This document shows positions 1-10,672 of a stretch of DNA of 64,000 nt, one piece after another. The notes under the pieces were generated by a model that was given only the letters and a program-made list of their open reading frames with translations, had not been told where the DNA came from and searched no databases. Numbering within the stretch: position 1 is the stretch's first letter; the number at the start of each line of letters is the position of its first letter. Source of the stretch: an uncultured delta proteobacterium (GTDB lineage: Bacteria; Desulfobacterota; Desulfobacteria; Desulfobacterales; JAHEIW01); assembly GCA_963706575.1 (NCBI GenBank), contig CAVPNL010000015.1:1-64000 (forward strand). The letters run 5' to 3'. A program made the translations under genes and the position numbers.

Positions 1-284
1 ACCGAAACGCCGTTTTTGGCCAGCGGTTGGGTTAAGGAGAAAATAATGCCAATTTCAGAAAAGTCTAATAGCCCCTGAACCTTAAAACATCGCCAGCCGG
101 TTTCGCTGGTTGTTCCCGGGGCAAGGCGGGCCTCCGGGCAAACAAGGGTCAATTCCGCTTCGGTGCGGGTGAGCGAATAGAAGCCGACCTCACCAATCCA
201 GTCCGGAAGCGGTGCCGTGGGTTCGAAGCGGCAAACGGCCATCCGTTCGGGGAGTATTTTCAGTGAACGCTTTTTGAGCTTCAT
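1..284 (-). CDS. ACT-domain protein (ACT_7/COG3603-like), 3' end runs off the window
   Basis: Not in the ORF track. Manual translation from ATG at 284 gives MKLKKRSLKILPERMAVCRFEPTAPLPDWIGEVGFYSLTRTEAELTLVCP...GWRCFKVQGLLDFSEIGIIFSLTQPLAKNGVS, with the family's SxTRTxxELxxVC and GWRxxKVxGxLDF motifs. Confidence 0.8.
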   Translation of the reverse strand, partial: MKLKKRSLKILPERMAVCRFEPTAPLPDWIGEVGFYSLTRTEAELTLVCPEARLAPGTTSETGWRCFKVQGLLDFSEIGIIFSLTQPLAKNGVS

Positions 285-398
285 ATTATATTTCAGTGAA
301 TTTGTTAAAGACGGCGTTCAGTGGGATTGCGAATCTATATATGTTGTATTTGATTAAAAAAAACATACAATATATAGTAACAAATATCAAAGGCGAAA

Positions 399-1978
399 AT
401 GAATATAATGAAATCCGCTAGAATAAATATGCTGCTGGGGGCATTAAGCGGCCTGCTGTTGACCGGCGCATTTCCGAAAATCGGGCTGGACTGGCTGGTT
501 TGGTTTGCGCTGGTACCGCTGCTGGTGGCAATTGCGAATCTTTCTATTAAACAAAGCTTTCGGATCGGTTTTATCGCCGGCCTGGTTCATTATCTGACAC
601 TGCTCTACTGGGTGGTACCCGTCATGCGAACATACGGGTATCTTCCCCTGTACCTGAGTGTTGTGATTCTGTTTCTCTTTGCAGCGGTTCTGGCATTTTT
701 CCCGGCTGTTTTTTCGATGACCCTTGCCGCGGTCGGCATCACGCCTTTGCGGTGTCTGATCACAATGCCCTTGCTATGGGTGGCGCTGGAATATATTCGA
801 ACCTTTATTTTCACCGGGTTTCCATGGGCATTGCTGGGGCACTCGCAATATCTGCGGCACCATTTGATTCAAATCGCCGATCTGTTTGGCGCATATGGGG
901 TTTCCTTTTTAATTGTCCTGGGTAATACGGCTGTTTTTCTGGTCATCACGTATATCAGCCGAAAAACGTGGCACAGCAGACCCATTTCAAAGCCGCTGGT
1001 GTTTGGCGCAACCGCGCTGTTTGCCATAGGATTCCTTCTCAGCTGGATCTATGGCGCCTGGCGCATTAAGGCAACCGACCATCTGATTGCCGCAGCACCA
1101 ACTGCGCGGGTTGCCGTCATCCAGGGCAATATCGATCAGTCGGAAAAATGGGCCCCTGTGTTTCAAGGCGCGACCATCAAGACCTACCACCGGTTATCGC
1201 TTGCAGCAAAATCAGAAAATCCCGATCTGATCGTCTGGCCCGAATCCGCCACACCGTTTTTTTTGTTTTACGACAAGCGTCCGACGGAAAATGTGCTGGC
1301 CGGTATTGAACAGGCAAACAAGGATTTTCTCATCGGAAGCCCATCCTTTGTGCGTCAGAATAAAAAGGTCACCTATCACAACAGCGCCTACCTGATTATT
1401 CCCGGAACCAAAAACATCAGCAAATACGACAAAGCCCACCTGGTTCCTTATGGCGAATATGTGCCCTTTAAACGCTGGCTGCCCTTTTTAGGCAAGCTTG
1501 TCGCCCAGGTGGGTGATTTCCGCCCGGGAACACCCGGCAAGACCCTGCCCTGGAAAGAGTATGCCCTGGGCGTGCAAATCTGTTACGAAATTATTTTTCC
1601 CGGTCTTTCCCGGGCGATGGTAAAAAACGATGCCGTCTTGCTGATCAACATCACCAACGATGCGTGGTTCGGCACCACCAGCGGGCCTTACCAGCATTTT
1701 TCCATGGCCATATTTCGCGCGGTGGAAAACCGGCGGGCACTCGCGCGGGCAGCCAATACGGGCATCAGCGGCTTCATCGACCCCGTCGGCCGGATTTAAC
1801 CTCTACTCCGCTGCTCGAGGAAGCCGCGGTCACCCGGACGCTGCCGTTGATTCACAAAAAAACATTTTACACCCGTTTCGGGGATCTGATGGCGCTGGCT
1901 TGCCTGGCAGGCACAATTTTTGTTATACTATTTGAGTTTGGCAAATCCGCGCTTAAATTTCAAAAAAAGCCCCGGTAG
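399..1978 (+). CDS. lnt: Apolipoprotein N-acyltransferase (single-base frameshift near 1795, probably a sequence error)
   Basis: Multi-TM N-terminus; motifs GFPW, QGNI, WPESA, YDKxHLVPYGEYVP, ICYE, NDAWFG, RAANTGIS. The C-terminus continues in the 1664..1978 frame (LTSTPLL...TFYTRFGD). Confidence 0.93.
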
Positions 1979-2070
1979 ATTTATCCTAAGGGGTTTTGGG
2001 GCAGCAACGAAAAGAGATGGGACGCACTCGAGTTTATTGAAATATGCTTTTTTTGAAGGAGGTAAATAAA

Positions 2071-3172
2071 ATGTCTGTGGAACTTAAACAAAACTTAAAG
2101 GATCTTCAACAAAAACTGGTAGACCTGCGGGGCTATCTTTGACCTTGCGGGTAAAGAAAACCGCCTGGCTGAAATCGAACAGGTTATCGCCAAAGATGCA
2201 TTCTGGGACAATCCGGAAGAAACCAAACCCATCCTGCAAGAGCGCACGTCACTTTCAAATAAAATTGAAAAATTCAAAAAGCTGACGGACGATCTGGAAG
2301 AAAATGAAATTCTGCTGGATCTGGCAGTTGATGAATCTGATGAAGAAACCCTTGCCGAAGTCACAAAGCAAATTGCCGGCCTGGATCAGAAAATTGCAGC
2401 CCTATCGCTGGAGCTGATGCTCGACGGTGAAGACGATGGTAAAAACGCCATCGTATCCATAGATGCCAGCAGCAGAAACCGAAGCCCAGGATTGGGCTGA
2501 AATGTTATTTCGGATGTTATACCCGCTGGGTGGAGCGCCGCGGTTATCAAATCGAGCTGATTGATTTCCAGCCCGGAGATGAGGCCGGGATAAAAAGTGT
2601 GACCTTCACCGCCGGCGGCGAAAATGCGTACGGGTATCTAAAATCGGAAATCGGGGTGCACCGCTTGGTCAGAATATCACCGTTCAACGCCAGCGGAAAA
2701 CGCCATACCTCTTTTGCGTCCGTATTCGTCTATCCCGAAGTGGACCAGGAAATCGTGGTGGACATTGAAGACAAAGACCTGCGAATCGACGTATTCCGGG
2801 CCAGTGGCGCCGGCGGTCAGCATGTCAACAAAACCAGCAGCGCCGTGCGCATCACCCATCTTCCCAGCGGTATCGTTGTGCAATGCCAGCAGGAAAAATC
2901 CCAGCACCGTAATAAAGATATGGCTTTAAAGGTATTGAAAGCCCGGCTTTACCAGACTGAAAAACAAAAGCAGGAGGATAAGCTGCAGGAGGTTCACGAC
3001 GGCAAAGATGACATTGCCTGGGGCAGTCGGATCCCCGCTCCTATGTCCTGCATCCCTATCAGATGGTAAAGGATCACCGCATCAATATGGATATCGGAAA
3101 CGTCAATGATGTGCTGAACGGCGAATAGATCCATTTATCGAGGGGGTGCTGCTGGCCAAAAAGCACAAATAA
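2071..3172 (+). CDS. prfB: Peptide chain release factor 2, with programmed +1 frameshift at CTT-TGA-C (2137-2143) and additional probable sequencing indels
   Basis: RBS AGGAGG and ATG at 2071; MSVELKQ...LRGYL-stop, then +1 frame [13 protein letters not shown]...FWDN. Later motifs [27 protein letters not shown]; ends VKDHR...[13 protein letters not shown]. Confidence 0.95.
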
Positions 3173-3293
3173 TTTCACTTCGTTCAATGATCGTGCGGCC
3201 TGTCAGCCGCACTTTAAGAGCGGTCTTTCAGACCTCGAGGAGCGTTGCTTCGGAACTTGAAGCGCTAAAACTAAACTCATCCGAACCAATATG

Positions 3294-3352
3294 GCGGCAA
3301 AATGCCGCTCCCATTCTCAAAATATTATGTGGGAGTGGCTTGCAGCCACGAA
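3294..3352. repeat. GTGG-type REP-like palindrome pair
   Basis: GCGGCAAAATGCCGCTCCCA followed by GTGGGAGTGGCTTGCAGCCACGA, two short hairpins in inverted arrangement. Confidence 0.5.
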
Positions 3353-3543
3353 TCAAAAACGCGATCTGCTAAGCGGATAACTTTTTTTCCAAAAAAGCAG
3401 CAACGGCCAGCCCGTCATGACGTGTCGTTTTCCGCCATGAATTGTCCTCTTAGAGCCATGAAGGGTCGTTTGCCGCCATGAACTGGCAACACACAAAGTC
3501 GCCGCAGCGCATAGTTCATAGCGCATAGCCATTATACAAAAGT

Positions 3544-3578
3544 AAAAAGCCGGACGGATAACAAGCCTGTCCGGCTTT
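3544..3578. terminator. Probable bidirectional intrinsic terminator
   Basis: AAAAAGCCGGAC...GTCCGGCTTT hairpin with A/T tracts on both sides, between convergent prfB and nfnB. Confidence 0.6.
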
Positions 3579-3642
3579 CATTTGTTTATTGATTTAGACA
3601 AAAAGTGATTGCGGAAAAGGGTCGTTTCTGAATAGAAACCGA

Positions 3643-5064
3643 TTACCAGCCGAGCGTGAGAAAATCATGCATCGAATCGGCCGCTATTCTCCCGGCGCCC
3701 ATTGCCAGTATGACAGTTGCCGAACCGGTTACAATGTCACCGCCGGCCCACACGCCCTTTTTGGTGGTTTTGGCAGTCTTGTCATCCACATCGATGTAGC
3801 CCCATTTATTTAAACTCAAGCCATCGGTGGATTCGGGTCAGGATGGGATTGGCCCCGGTGCCCACGGCCACAATCACCAGATCACACTCCAGTTCAAATT
3901 CTGAGCCCTCAATCGGAACGGGTCGACGCCGCCCGGAGGCATCCGGTTCGCCCAGTTCCATTTTGAGGCATTCCATCCCGATCACGCGGCCTTTATCATC
4001 TCCAATAAATTTCGTTGGCGCCGCCAGAAAAAAGAACTCGACCCCTTCTTCCTCGGCGTGGTGAACTTCTGCGCCCCTTGCCGGCACCTCAGCCCTTGAA
4101 CGTCGATAAACGATGCGGGAGTTCTCCGCGCCCAAACGCAAAGCGGTGCGGGCGGAGTCCATCGCCACATTTCCGGCACCGAGGGTAACCACATTTTTAC
4201 TTATAATAATGAGCATATCATGCCTACACAGGGGGAAAAATCACCTCTCATCAGATTCGACGTCAGGTATTCATTGGCAGAATAGATGCCGATAGATTTT
4301 TCCCGGGAACATCCAACAGCCGGTAGGCCGGCGCCAACCCCGATAAAAACGGCCTCATATCCTTCCTCAAAAAGCTCTTCGATCGTGACGGTTCTCCGAC
4401 CACCTGATTGCATTCAACCCTAACACCCAGTCTTTCAAGAAAATTGACTTCCTGCGCCACAATATCTTTCGGGAGCCGAAATTCGGGAATACCATATACC
4501 AGCACGCCGCCCGACTTGTGAAATGCTTCAAAAACCGTTACCTCATGCCCTTTGGCAATCAAATCACCGGCAACGGTCAAGCCGGCTGGCCCGGAACCCA
4601 CCACGGCCACTTTTTTGCCGGTGGGATCCGCTTTCGGCGGTAAGGCACCGGTGCCGTTTTCTCTTTCCCAATCGGCGACAAATCGTTCCAGATTGCCGAT
4701 AGCGACCGGCTCCCCTTTTTTGCCGACGATACACAGGCCTTCGCACTGGATTTCCTGGGGGCACACCCGTCCGCAAACCGCCGGCAGGCTATTTTTCTGC
4801 CAGATATGTCGAATGGATTCGGTAAATTTTTCTTCTTTTATCAGTTGGATAAAGCCCGGTATATCAATCTCGACGGGGCAGCCGGCCACACACCCCGGCT
4901 TTTTGCATTGCAGACACCTTTGGGCCTCTTTAATCGCTGTTTCCGGACTATAGCCGAGCGGAACCTCATCAAAATTTTTCGCTCGAACCTTGGGTTCCTG
5001 CTCCGCCATGGGCTGCCGGGGAATCTTTTCTCTTTTCTCTTTTTTCGTCTCTTTTTTCCGCCAT
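3643..5064 (-). CDS. nfnB: NfnB/SudA-type flavoprotein (GltD-like large subunit of electron-bifurcating transhydrogenase); several frameshifts
   Basis: Spread over ORFs 4263..5078, 4201..4413, 3806..4216 and a tail ending HDFLTLGW*. Motifs RCLQCKKPGC..GCPV, CGRVCPQEIQC, GSGPAG, YGIPEFRLP, GAGNVAMD, YRRS, AGGDIVTG. Lies directly downstream of an nfnA-like gene. Confidence 0.85.
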
Positions 5065-5173
5065 ATTATCCTCCGCAAACAAAATTAAACTTGAGTAATT
5101 CAGTCCAACCGATGATCGTGTGATTGTGTGATTAGGTGAAAAATTTTGCCTGTCAAAAAATTTTTTCAGAAAT

Positions 5174-6002
5174 TTATGAATCCATTATACAAAATTCTTC
5201 ATAGCACTGTTTCTCATTTTCACAATAGGACTGTAAACGGAGCATGAGTTCGTCATAATCTACCTTGTGCCCATCAAATTCAGGCCCGTCAACACAGGCA
5301 AACTTGGTCTGCCCGCCGACGGAGACACGGCATCCGCCGCACATGCCGGTGCCATCCACCATAATCGGATTGAGGCTGACCAGCGTGGGCACATCATATT
5401 CTTTGGTCATTAAGGACACGAATTTCATCATCGGAACCGGTCCGATGGCCACGGCTTGCTGAGTTTCTCCTTTCCAGCACCTCCTTTAAGACATCGGTTA
5501 CGAAACCGTGGTGTCCGTAAGAGCCGTCGTCGGTACAGACATGCAGTTCATGGGATGCAGCCTTCATGCGATCTTCAAGAATCAGCAGGTCTTTGGTCCG
5601 CGCTCCAATAATACAGGTCACATGGTTGCCGATTTCCTTCAGTGCCCGGGTGATTGGATGCAACACCGCGATTCCGGTACCGCCACCCACACAGACTACA
5701 TTGCCGACTTTTTCAATATGGGTTGCCTTCCCAGGGACCGGATCAGCATCCTGATAGCCGTCACCGACCTGCAGGGTCTTAAAAAGCGCGGTCGACTTGC
5801 CAACCACCTGATAGATGACGGTGACGGTTCCTTTTTCAGCGTCCGTTTCGGCCATGGTCAACGGTATGCGTTCACCGGTTTCATTGGCCTTCAGGATCAC
5901 AAATTGACCGGGCTTGGCCTTGCGGGCGATCTTGGGTGCTTCAATATCGTTTAGCACCACAGTTCCATCCGACATCTCTTCTCTTTTCACAATTTTAAAC
6001 AT
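5174..6002 (-). CDS. nfnA: NfnA/SudB-type FAD/[2Fe-2S] subunit (PyrK-like); frameshift near 5465
   Basis: AKPGQFVIL, ERIPLT, VGGGTGIA, TDDGSYG in ORF 5394..6044; AIGPVPMMK, SLNPIMVDGTGMCGGCRV, ACVDGPEFD in ORF 5174..5452. Confidence 0.87.
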
Positions 6003-6216
6003 GGAAAACCTCCAGACCGTTATTTCGCCGGCGTGATCGTTCACCGACGATTCGGCTAATTCGAGCCGAAGGGAGTTATATTGTCAGAAACAGGGCTTGA
6101 AATCAAGGTAAAATCTTGATCATTTAATGGTTCATTGATATAGCTTTGCGGCTAAACAAGTTGATGTTTGAACCCGAATTGATCGTTCAATATTAAGCCT
6201 GTCAGGGAGTCCATCA

Positions 6217-6996
6217 ATGAAAATATTCGACAGCCACTGTCATCTGGATGATAAGACTTATCGGAAAGATATTGCCCGGGTGATTGAGCGCGCCCATCAA
6301 AACGGTGTAGCGCGAATGATGACGGTGGGGGTAAACAAAAAAACAGCAGTTCGGGCAGTGTCCCTGGCAGAATCCCATTCGGAGCTATATGCCTCGGTGG
6401 GATTTCATCCGCACGATGCCAGCCGGTGCAGTGCAGCGAAACTTGATTTTCTGGTAACAGCGGCTGAAAACCCGAAGGTCAGGGCCTGGGGGGAAATCGG
6501 GTTGGATTACAACCGCATGTACTCGCCTCGCGAGGATCAGGAAAGATGGTTTATTCGGCAGCTGCAAATTGCCGCTGAACTGAACCTTCCCGTCATTTTC
6601 CATGAACGGGATACCAATGGACGTTTTCTTGAGATTCTTAAAACCGATTTCAAAAGCGAAAGCGCCGGTGTCGTTCATTGTTTCAGCGGCACGGCACCGG
6701 AACTGGAACATTATCTTGATCTGGGTCTGTACATCGGGATTACCGGTATCCTGACCCTGAGGACACGAGGCGCGGACCTGTGTGAAATGGTCCGCCAAAT
6801 TCCAGCGAATCGAATGGTTGTGGAGACCGATGCGCCCTATCTGACGCCCGCTCCCGAAAAATACCACACGCGCCGCAACGAACCCGCCTTTGTCAAATCA
6901 GTCCTGCTGAAGCTGGCCGAAGTCCGTGAGGAAGATCCCGCTCAGCTGGCGCAGACCATCTGGGACAACACGAACCGATTGTATCGGATCGATTAG
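6217..6996 (+). CDS. tatD: TatD family hydrolase/DNase
   Basis: DSHCHL, GFHPH, GEIGLDY, FHER, HCFSG, ETDAPYL, RNEPA motifs. Confidence 0.93.
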   Translation: MKIFDSHCHLDDKTYRKDIARVIERAHQNGVARMMTVGVNKKTAVRAVSLAESHSELYASVGFHPHDASRCSAAKLDFLVTAAENPKVRAWGEIGLDYNRMYSPREDQERWFIRQLQIAAELNLPVIFHERDTNGRFLEILKTDFKSESAGVVHCFSGTAPELEHYLDLGLYIGITGILTLRTRGADLCEMVRQIPANRMVVETDAPYLTPAPEKYHTRRNEPAFVKSVLLKLAEVREEDPAQLAQTIWDNTNRLYRID

Positions 6997-7026
6997 CCAC
7001 ATACCACAGAAAAATAAAGCCAATGT

Positions 7027-7137
7027 AATTAGCCACGGACCCACACAGACCGATACGGACAGCATTTTTCCTCGGAAGGGTCGTCCGAAAAAAAGTTAGT
7101 GTGAGTCCGTGTGGGTCTGTGGCTAATTTAATAAATT
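7027..7137. repeat. ~110-bp palindromic dispersed element, copy 1
   Basis: Ends ATTAGCCACGGACCCACAC / GTGTGGGTCTGTGGCTAAT; near-identical inverted copy at 9430-9539. Confidence 0.8.
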
Positions 7138-7162
7138 CAAAGAATTCTGCCTAAGCTGTAAT

Positions 7163-8353
7163 TTATTTCTGCATTAAGTGGGAGACAGCTTGCTCGAGGC
7201 CGTCGATGGTCAGCTCAAACATGGGAAATATCTCGCGGATAACGGTAATGGTACGGGTATAGTCCCACATGGAAGCGGATACCGGGTTTAACCACACCGC
7301 ATGGGGAAATGTGGCGGCAAGCAATTTAAGGCACTCGATGCTTGGCAGGCCACTGCGATCCTCGAGATGAATGGAACCGTCGGTGGCCATAAGCTCATAG
7401 GGCGCCATGCTGGCATCGCCCACAATAACCAAGCGGGTTTCGGGGCCAAGACGCACAAGTTGATCAATCGGTTGGGGTTTTTTGTATCGCGCCGTGTCTT
7501 TCCAGAGCGTGCCGTAAATGGAGTTGTGAAAAAAATAGGTTTGAACATCCTTAAATTGAGCGCGGGCATAATCGAAGAGGGTCTGCACGATCGGCACATA
7601 GGGATCCATGGACCAGCCGCCGTTATCAATGGCCAGAATCACCTTCAGCCGATCTTTGAGCGAGCGGTCAAACACGATTTCGATCTCACCGCCGTTTTTC
7701 ATGGTCTGATAGATGGTCTCATCAATATTGACCTGATCTTTAGGACCGAAGGGCACCAGGTTGCGCAGTCGCTTTAAGGCTTCACCCATCAGAGCGCTTG
7801 TCAGCGGACCGCTCAGGGAATAATCTTTATATCTCCTATCCATTGCCACCTTAACCGCCGACTTGTTGCCGGAAACCCCTCCCACTCGCATGCCGCCGGG
7901 ATGGTAGCCCGAATGACCCACCGGAGAATAACCGCCGGTGCCGATCCACTTGTTCCCTCCGTGATGCGCTTCGTCCTGTTCCTTGAGTCGCTCTTTGAAA
8001 TATTGGATTAACTCCTCCGGGGTCAGTTTCATGAGGGCGGATTCATCCATGCCCAGTATTTCAGCCAGCCCCTCGGGATTCTTCAGCCAGCTCTCCAGCA
8101 TTATCCGGGCCACTTCATCGAGCTCAAGCCCTTCAGGATCCGGCATTTCAGCTCCCTGAAAGCTGTGGGCAAATACCTGATCATAAATATCGAAATAGCG
8201 CTCACTTTTAACAAGGATGGCGCGCGCAGCCGTATAAAAGTCCTCTAACGAATTCACCAGCCCGCTGCCCAGGGCTTTGTGAAGGGTTAAAAAGGACGTA
8301 GGGCTGACCGGTATCCCGACATCTTTTAATTTGTAGAAAAAATCGACGAACAT
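7163..8353 (-). CDS. VWA domain-containing (CoxE-like) protein, MoxR partner
   Basis: HHGGNKWIGTGGYSPVGHSG, MIDAS-like DNGGWSM, YFFHN, VGDASMAPYEL, WLNP; downstream of a MoxR ATPase. Confidence 0.8.
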   Translation of the reverse strand: MFVDFFYKLKDVGIPVSPTSFLTLHKALGSGLVNSLEDFYTAARAILVKSERYFDIYDQVFAHSFQGAEMPDPEGLELDEVARIMLESWLKNPEGLAEILGMDESALMKLTPEELIQYFKERLKEQDEAHHGGNKWIGTGGYSPVGHSGYHPGGMRVGGVSGNKSAVKVAMDRRYKDYSLSGPLTSALMGEALKRLRNLVPFGPKDQVNIDETIYQTMKNGGEIEIVFDRSLKDRLKVILAIDNGGWSMDPYVPIVQTLFDYARAQFKDVQTYFFHNSIYGTLWKDTARYKKPQPIDQLVRLGPETRLVIVGDASMAPYELMATDGSIHLEDRSGLPSIECLKLLAATFPHAVWLNPVSASMWDYTRTITVIREIFPMFELTIDGLEQAVSHLMQK

Positions 8354-8358
8354 TTTTC

Positions 8359-8487
8359 AAATGAGCTAAAATTTAAAATGCCTAAAATGAGCTAAAATCA
8401 GAAGTTCTTTTCTCGCTCGCTGTTTATAAAATGTTATAATTCCTTAATTTTAGGCATTTTAGATCAATTTAGGCATTTTAGGCATTT
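8359..8487. repeat. Inverted array of ~9-bp units (ATGCCTAAA/ATGAGCTAAA ... TTTAGGCAT)
   Basis: Tandem 9-mers followed by their reverse complements; same family at 40806-40912 and 19523-19565. Confidence 0.75.
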
Positions 8488-8558
8488 GTAAACAGCACCC
8501 ATATTTTGATCATTGCCATAGTCTTTTTGATGCTTTTTCCACCGCTATGGGATAGCGT

Positions 8559-9410
8559 CTAATTGGCCCTTCGGCGACCAATCGTGCTTTGGGCCTTATG
8601 CAAATCCTGGCTTTTCTTAAACAGCACACCCAGGTAGGGCAAATCACCCTTTTCCAGTTGTTTGGGGTTAAAATCAGGGTCAGCTTTAAGAGCCCGAATC
8701 CAGTTGATCAATTCCCGTGTGGCCGGCCGCTTTTCGATATCGTTGAAATCCCGCACGCCATAAAAAGCGGTAATCGCAGTTTCCAGCAGGTTGGAATCGA
8801 TCTGCGGAAAGTGCACCGTGATAATTTTACGCATCATCTCGGGTTCCGGAAAGGCAATATGGTGAAAATTGCAGCGCCCTAAAAACGGGTCGGAAAGGTC
8901 CTTTTTGGCGTTTGAGGTAATAATAATGACCGGGCGGTGCACTGTCGTAATGGTTTTATCGATTTCAATGATGTCAAATTCCATCTGATCCAGAACATCC
9001 AGCATGTCGTCTTGAAAATCGGTATCGGCCTTGTCGATTTCATCGATCAGCAGAACCGTGCGAACATCTGAAGTAAACGCCTGCCCGATTTTGCCCATCC
9101 GGATATAATCTTCTATTTTGCTGACATCACGGCTTGAATCGCCAAAGCGGCTGTCGTTGAGCCGGGTCAGCGTGTCGTACTGGTACAGTGCCTCAATGAG
9201 CTTCATGCTGGATTTAACATTCAGTACTATCAAGGGCATCTTCAGGCTTTCGGCGATCGCATGGGCCAGCATGGTTTTACCGGTGCCGGGCTCCCCTTTC
9301 AGCAGCAGCGGCATTTCCAGGGCCATTGAAATATTTACGATCTGAGCCAGTTCTTCATCAAGGATATAACGTGTCGCACCTGTAAAAGATTCATTCGTAT
9401 TTTCAGTCAT
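8559..9410 (-). CDS. MoxR family AAA+ ATPase
   Basis: Walker A GEPGTGKT, Walker B LLIDEIDKAD, ITSN sensor. Confidence 0.9.
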   Translation of the reverse strand: MTENTNESFTGATRYILDEELAQIVNISMALEMPLLLKGEPGTGKTMLAHAIAESLKMPLIVLNVKSSMKLIEALYQYDTLTRLNDSRFGDSSRDVSKIEDYIRMGKIGQAFTSDVRTVLLIDEIDKADTDFQDDMLDVLDQMEFDIIEIDKTITTVHRPVIIITSNAKKDLSDPFLGRCNFHHIAFPEPEMMRKIITVHFPQIDSNLLETAITAFYGVRDFNDIEKRPATRELINWIRALKADPDFNPKQLEKGDLPYLGVLFKKSQDLHKAQSTIGRRRAN

Positions 9411-9429
9411 TCGCTACCTCTCCATATTA

Positions 9430-9539
9430 AATTTATTAAATTAGCCACAGACCCACACGGACTCACACTAACTTTTGCTCGGCCGACCCTTCCGAGGAAA
9501 GATGTTGTCCGTGTAAGTCTGTGTGTGTCAGTGGCTAAT
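9430..9539. repeat. ~110-bp palindromic dispersed element, copy 2 (inverted relative to 7027-7137)
   Basis: AATTTATTAAATTAGCCACAGACCCACACGGACTCACACTAAC...GTGGCTAAT is the reverse complement of copy 1 with a few substitutions. Confidence 0.8.
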
Positions 9540-9604
9540 CGACCCTATACAATCGGTTCGAATTGTTGCAGATGATCTGTTCCAACTGGTCGGGATCTTC
9601 CCTG

Positions 9605-10672
9605 CTACTTTCGTCGTATCCGCTCCGAAACCTCCCGTGTCAATCTCAACGCCTTAATTGCCAGCCCGGTACTTAACGACCCGGCACCGCAGCTGGGAGT
9701 GATCAAAGATTGGGATATCAGTTGATCTGAATCGATACCCAGTTTTTCTATCTGTGCCGCTTTTTGTTGCCACTGATTGAACAGGGACTCGGCGCTTGCG
9801 CTTTCCAGTTCATCTGCCTGCAGGGTCGGCACCATCCCCCAGGCAATAATTTTGCCCGCATCCAAAAATGCCTTGATCTGATCTGAATACAGGATAAACC
9901 GGTCAAAATAGGAATAGGCGTCAAAGCTGACGATATCGGCAGCTGAATCCAGAACCAGCGACCAGTCCGTATTGGCACAAACATGCACCCCGGCGAGACC
10001 GCCTTCCGCATGCACGGCGGCAATAACCTCTTCAAGGCTTTGGACAATTCCATCCCGCGAAATACTGATAAACTCGGATGATCCAAAACCGGACAGGGCG
10101 GGCTCATCGAAGAAAATAATGACCGGACAACCAAAACAGCTTAATTGCTGTACCTGCCAGCGAGATTTCAACGCCAGCAATTTCACAGCGGCATCCTTTA
10201 TCTGTTCATCGTAAATAATGGCCTTTTTGTTTTGATCCGATATTCCGGTACAGAAGGTAAATGGCCCGGTAACCTGGCCCTTGACCGCAACCGGGGGAGC
10301 GGCAAGGCGCTTTAGACGCTCAATAAAAATAAAAAAACCCCTGGCAGTGTCCTCACTCAATACAAACCTGGACTCAGACAGGTCGGTGTGGCCTTCCACA
10401 ACAGCCATATAGTCCTCGTAGAACTCTAATATGTCTTTATCAAAATCATCCTGATCGGTATCCATGTATACCCTGTCTCCGGTCGAGCAAATTCCCGGTA
10501 ACCCCGGCATGAATTGGGGGATCATTCCTTCTTCTCTGTGCGCCGGAAGCTGAATCCACAGGGGAATCTGTGGCGAATGTTCCAATACAAGCTCACAGGC
10601 CTCGACATGATCCGTCAGCGGCAGACTACCGATCAGCGCCGGAAGGCCCCGGGGGCGAAACAGGTTGTCCAT
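9605..10672 (-). CDS. Core (single-barrel) MetE-like methionine synthase, probably methylcorrinoid-dependent
   Basis: IGSLP, PLWIQLP, VKGQVTGPFT, FDEPAL, zinc-site GVHVCANTDW, SFDAY and LITPSCG; about half the length of MetE. GGAG precedes the ATG at 10672. Confidence 0.72.
   Translation of the reverse strand: MDNLFRPRGLPALIGSLPLTDHVEACELVLEHSPQIPLWIQLPAHREEGMIPQFMPGLPGICSTGDRVYMDTDQDDFDKDILEFYEDYMAVVEGHTDLSESRFVLSEDTARGFFIFIERLKRLAAPPVAVKGQVTGPFTFCTGISDQNKKAIIYDEQIKDAAVKLLALKSRWQVQQLSCFGCPVIIFFDEPALSGFGSSEFISISRDGIVQSLEEVIAAVHAEGGLAGVHVCANTDWSLVLDSAADIVSFDAYSYFDRFILYSDQIKAFLDAGKIIAWGMVPTLQADELESASAESLFNQWQQKAAQIEKLGIDSDQLISQSLITPSCGAGSLSTGLAIKALRLTREVSERIRRK

Noticed and set aside
2140..2142. 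In-frame TGA as selenocysteine (also the TGA at 61291-61293)
   Set aside because: Homology continues in a different frame in both cases, so these are frameshifts rather than read-through.
3643..5064. Glutamate synthase small subunit
   Set aside because: No gltB is adjacent, and pairing with a PyrK-like subunit fits NfnAB/SudAB better.
399..6002. Calling lnt, prfB and nfnAB pseudogenes
   Set aside because: prfB is essential and lnt usually so, motifs are intact, and the breaks are mostly single-base indels clustered in one stretch, which fits sequencing error.
8359..8487. Short tandem repeats as a possible CRISPR array (also 13563, 21155, 40806)
   Set aside because: Units are 7-9 bp, degenerate and inverted, with no unique spacers of regular length and no cas genes.
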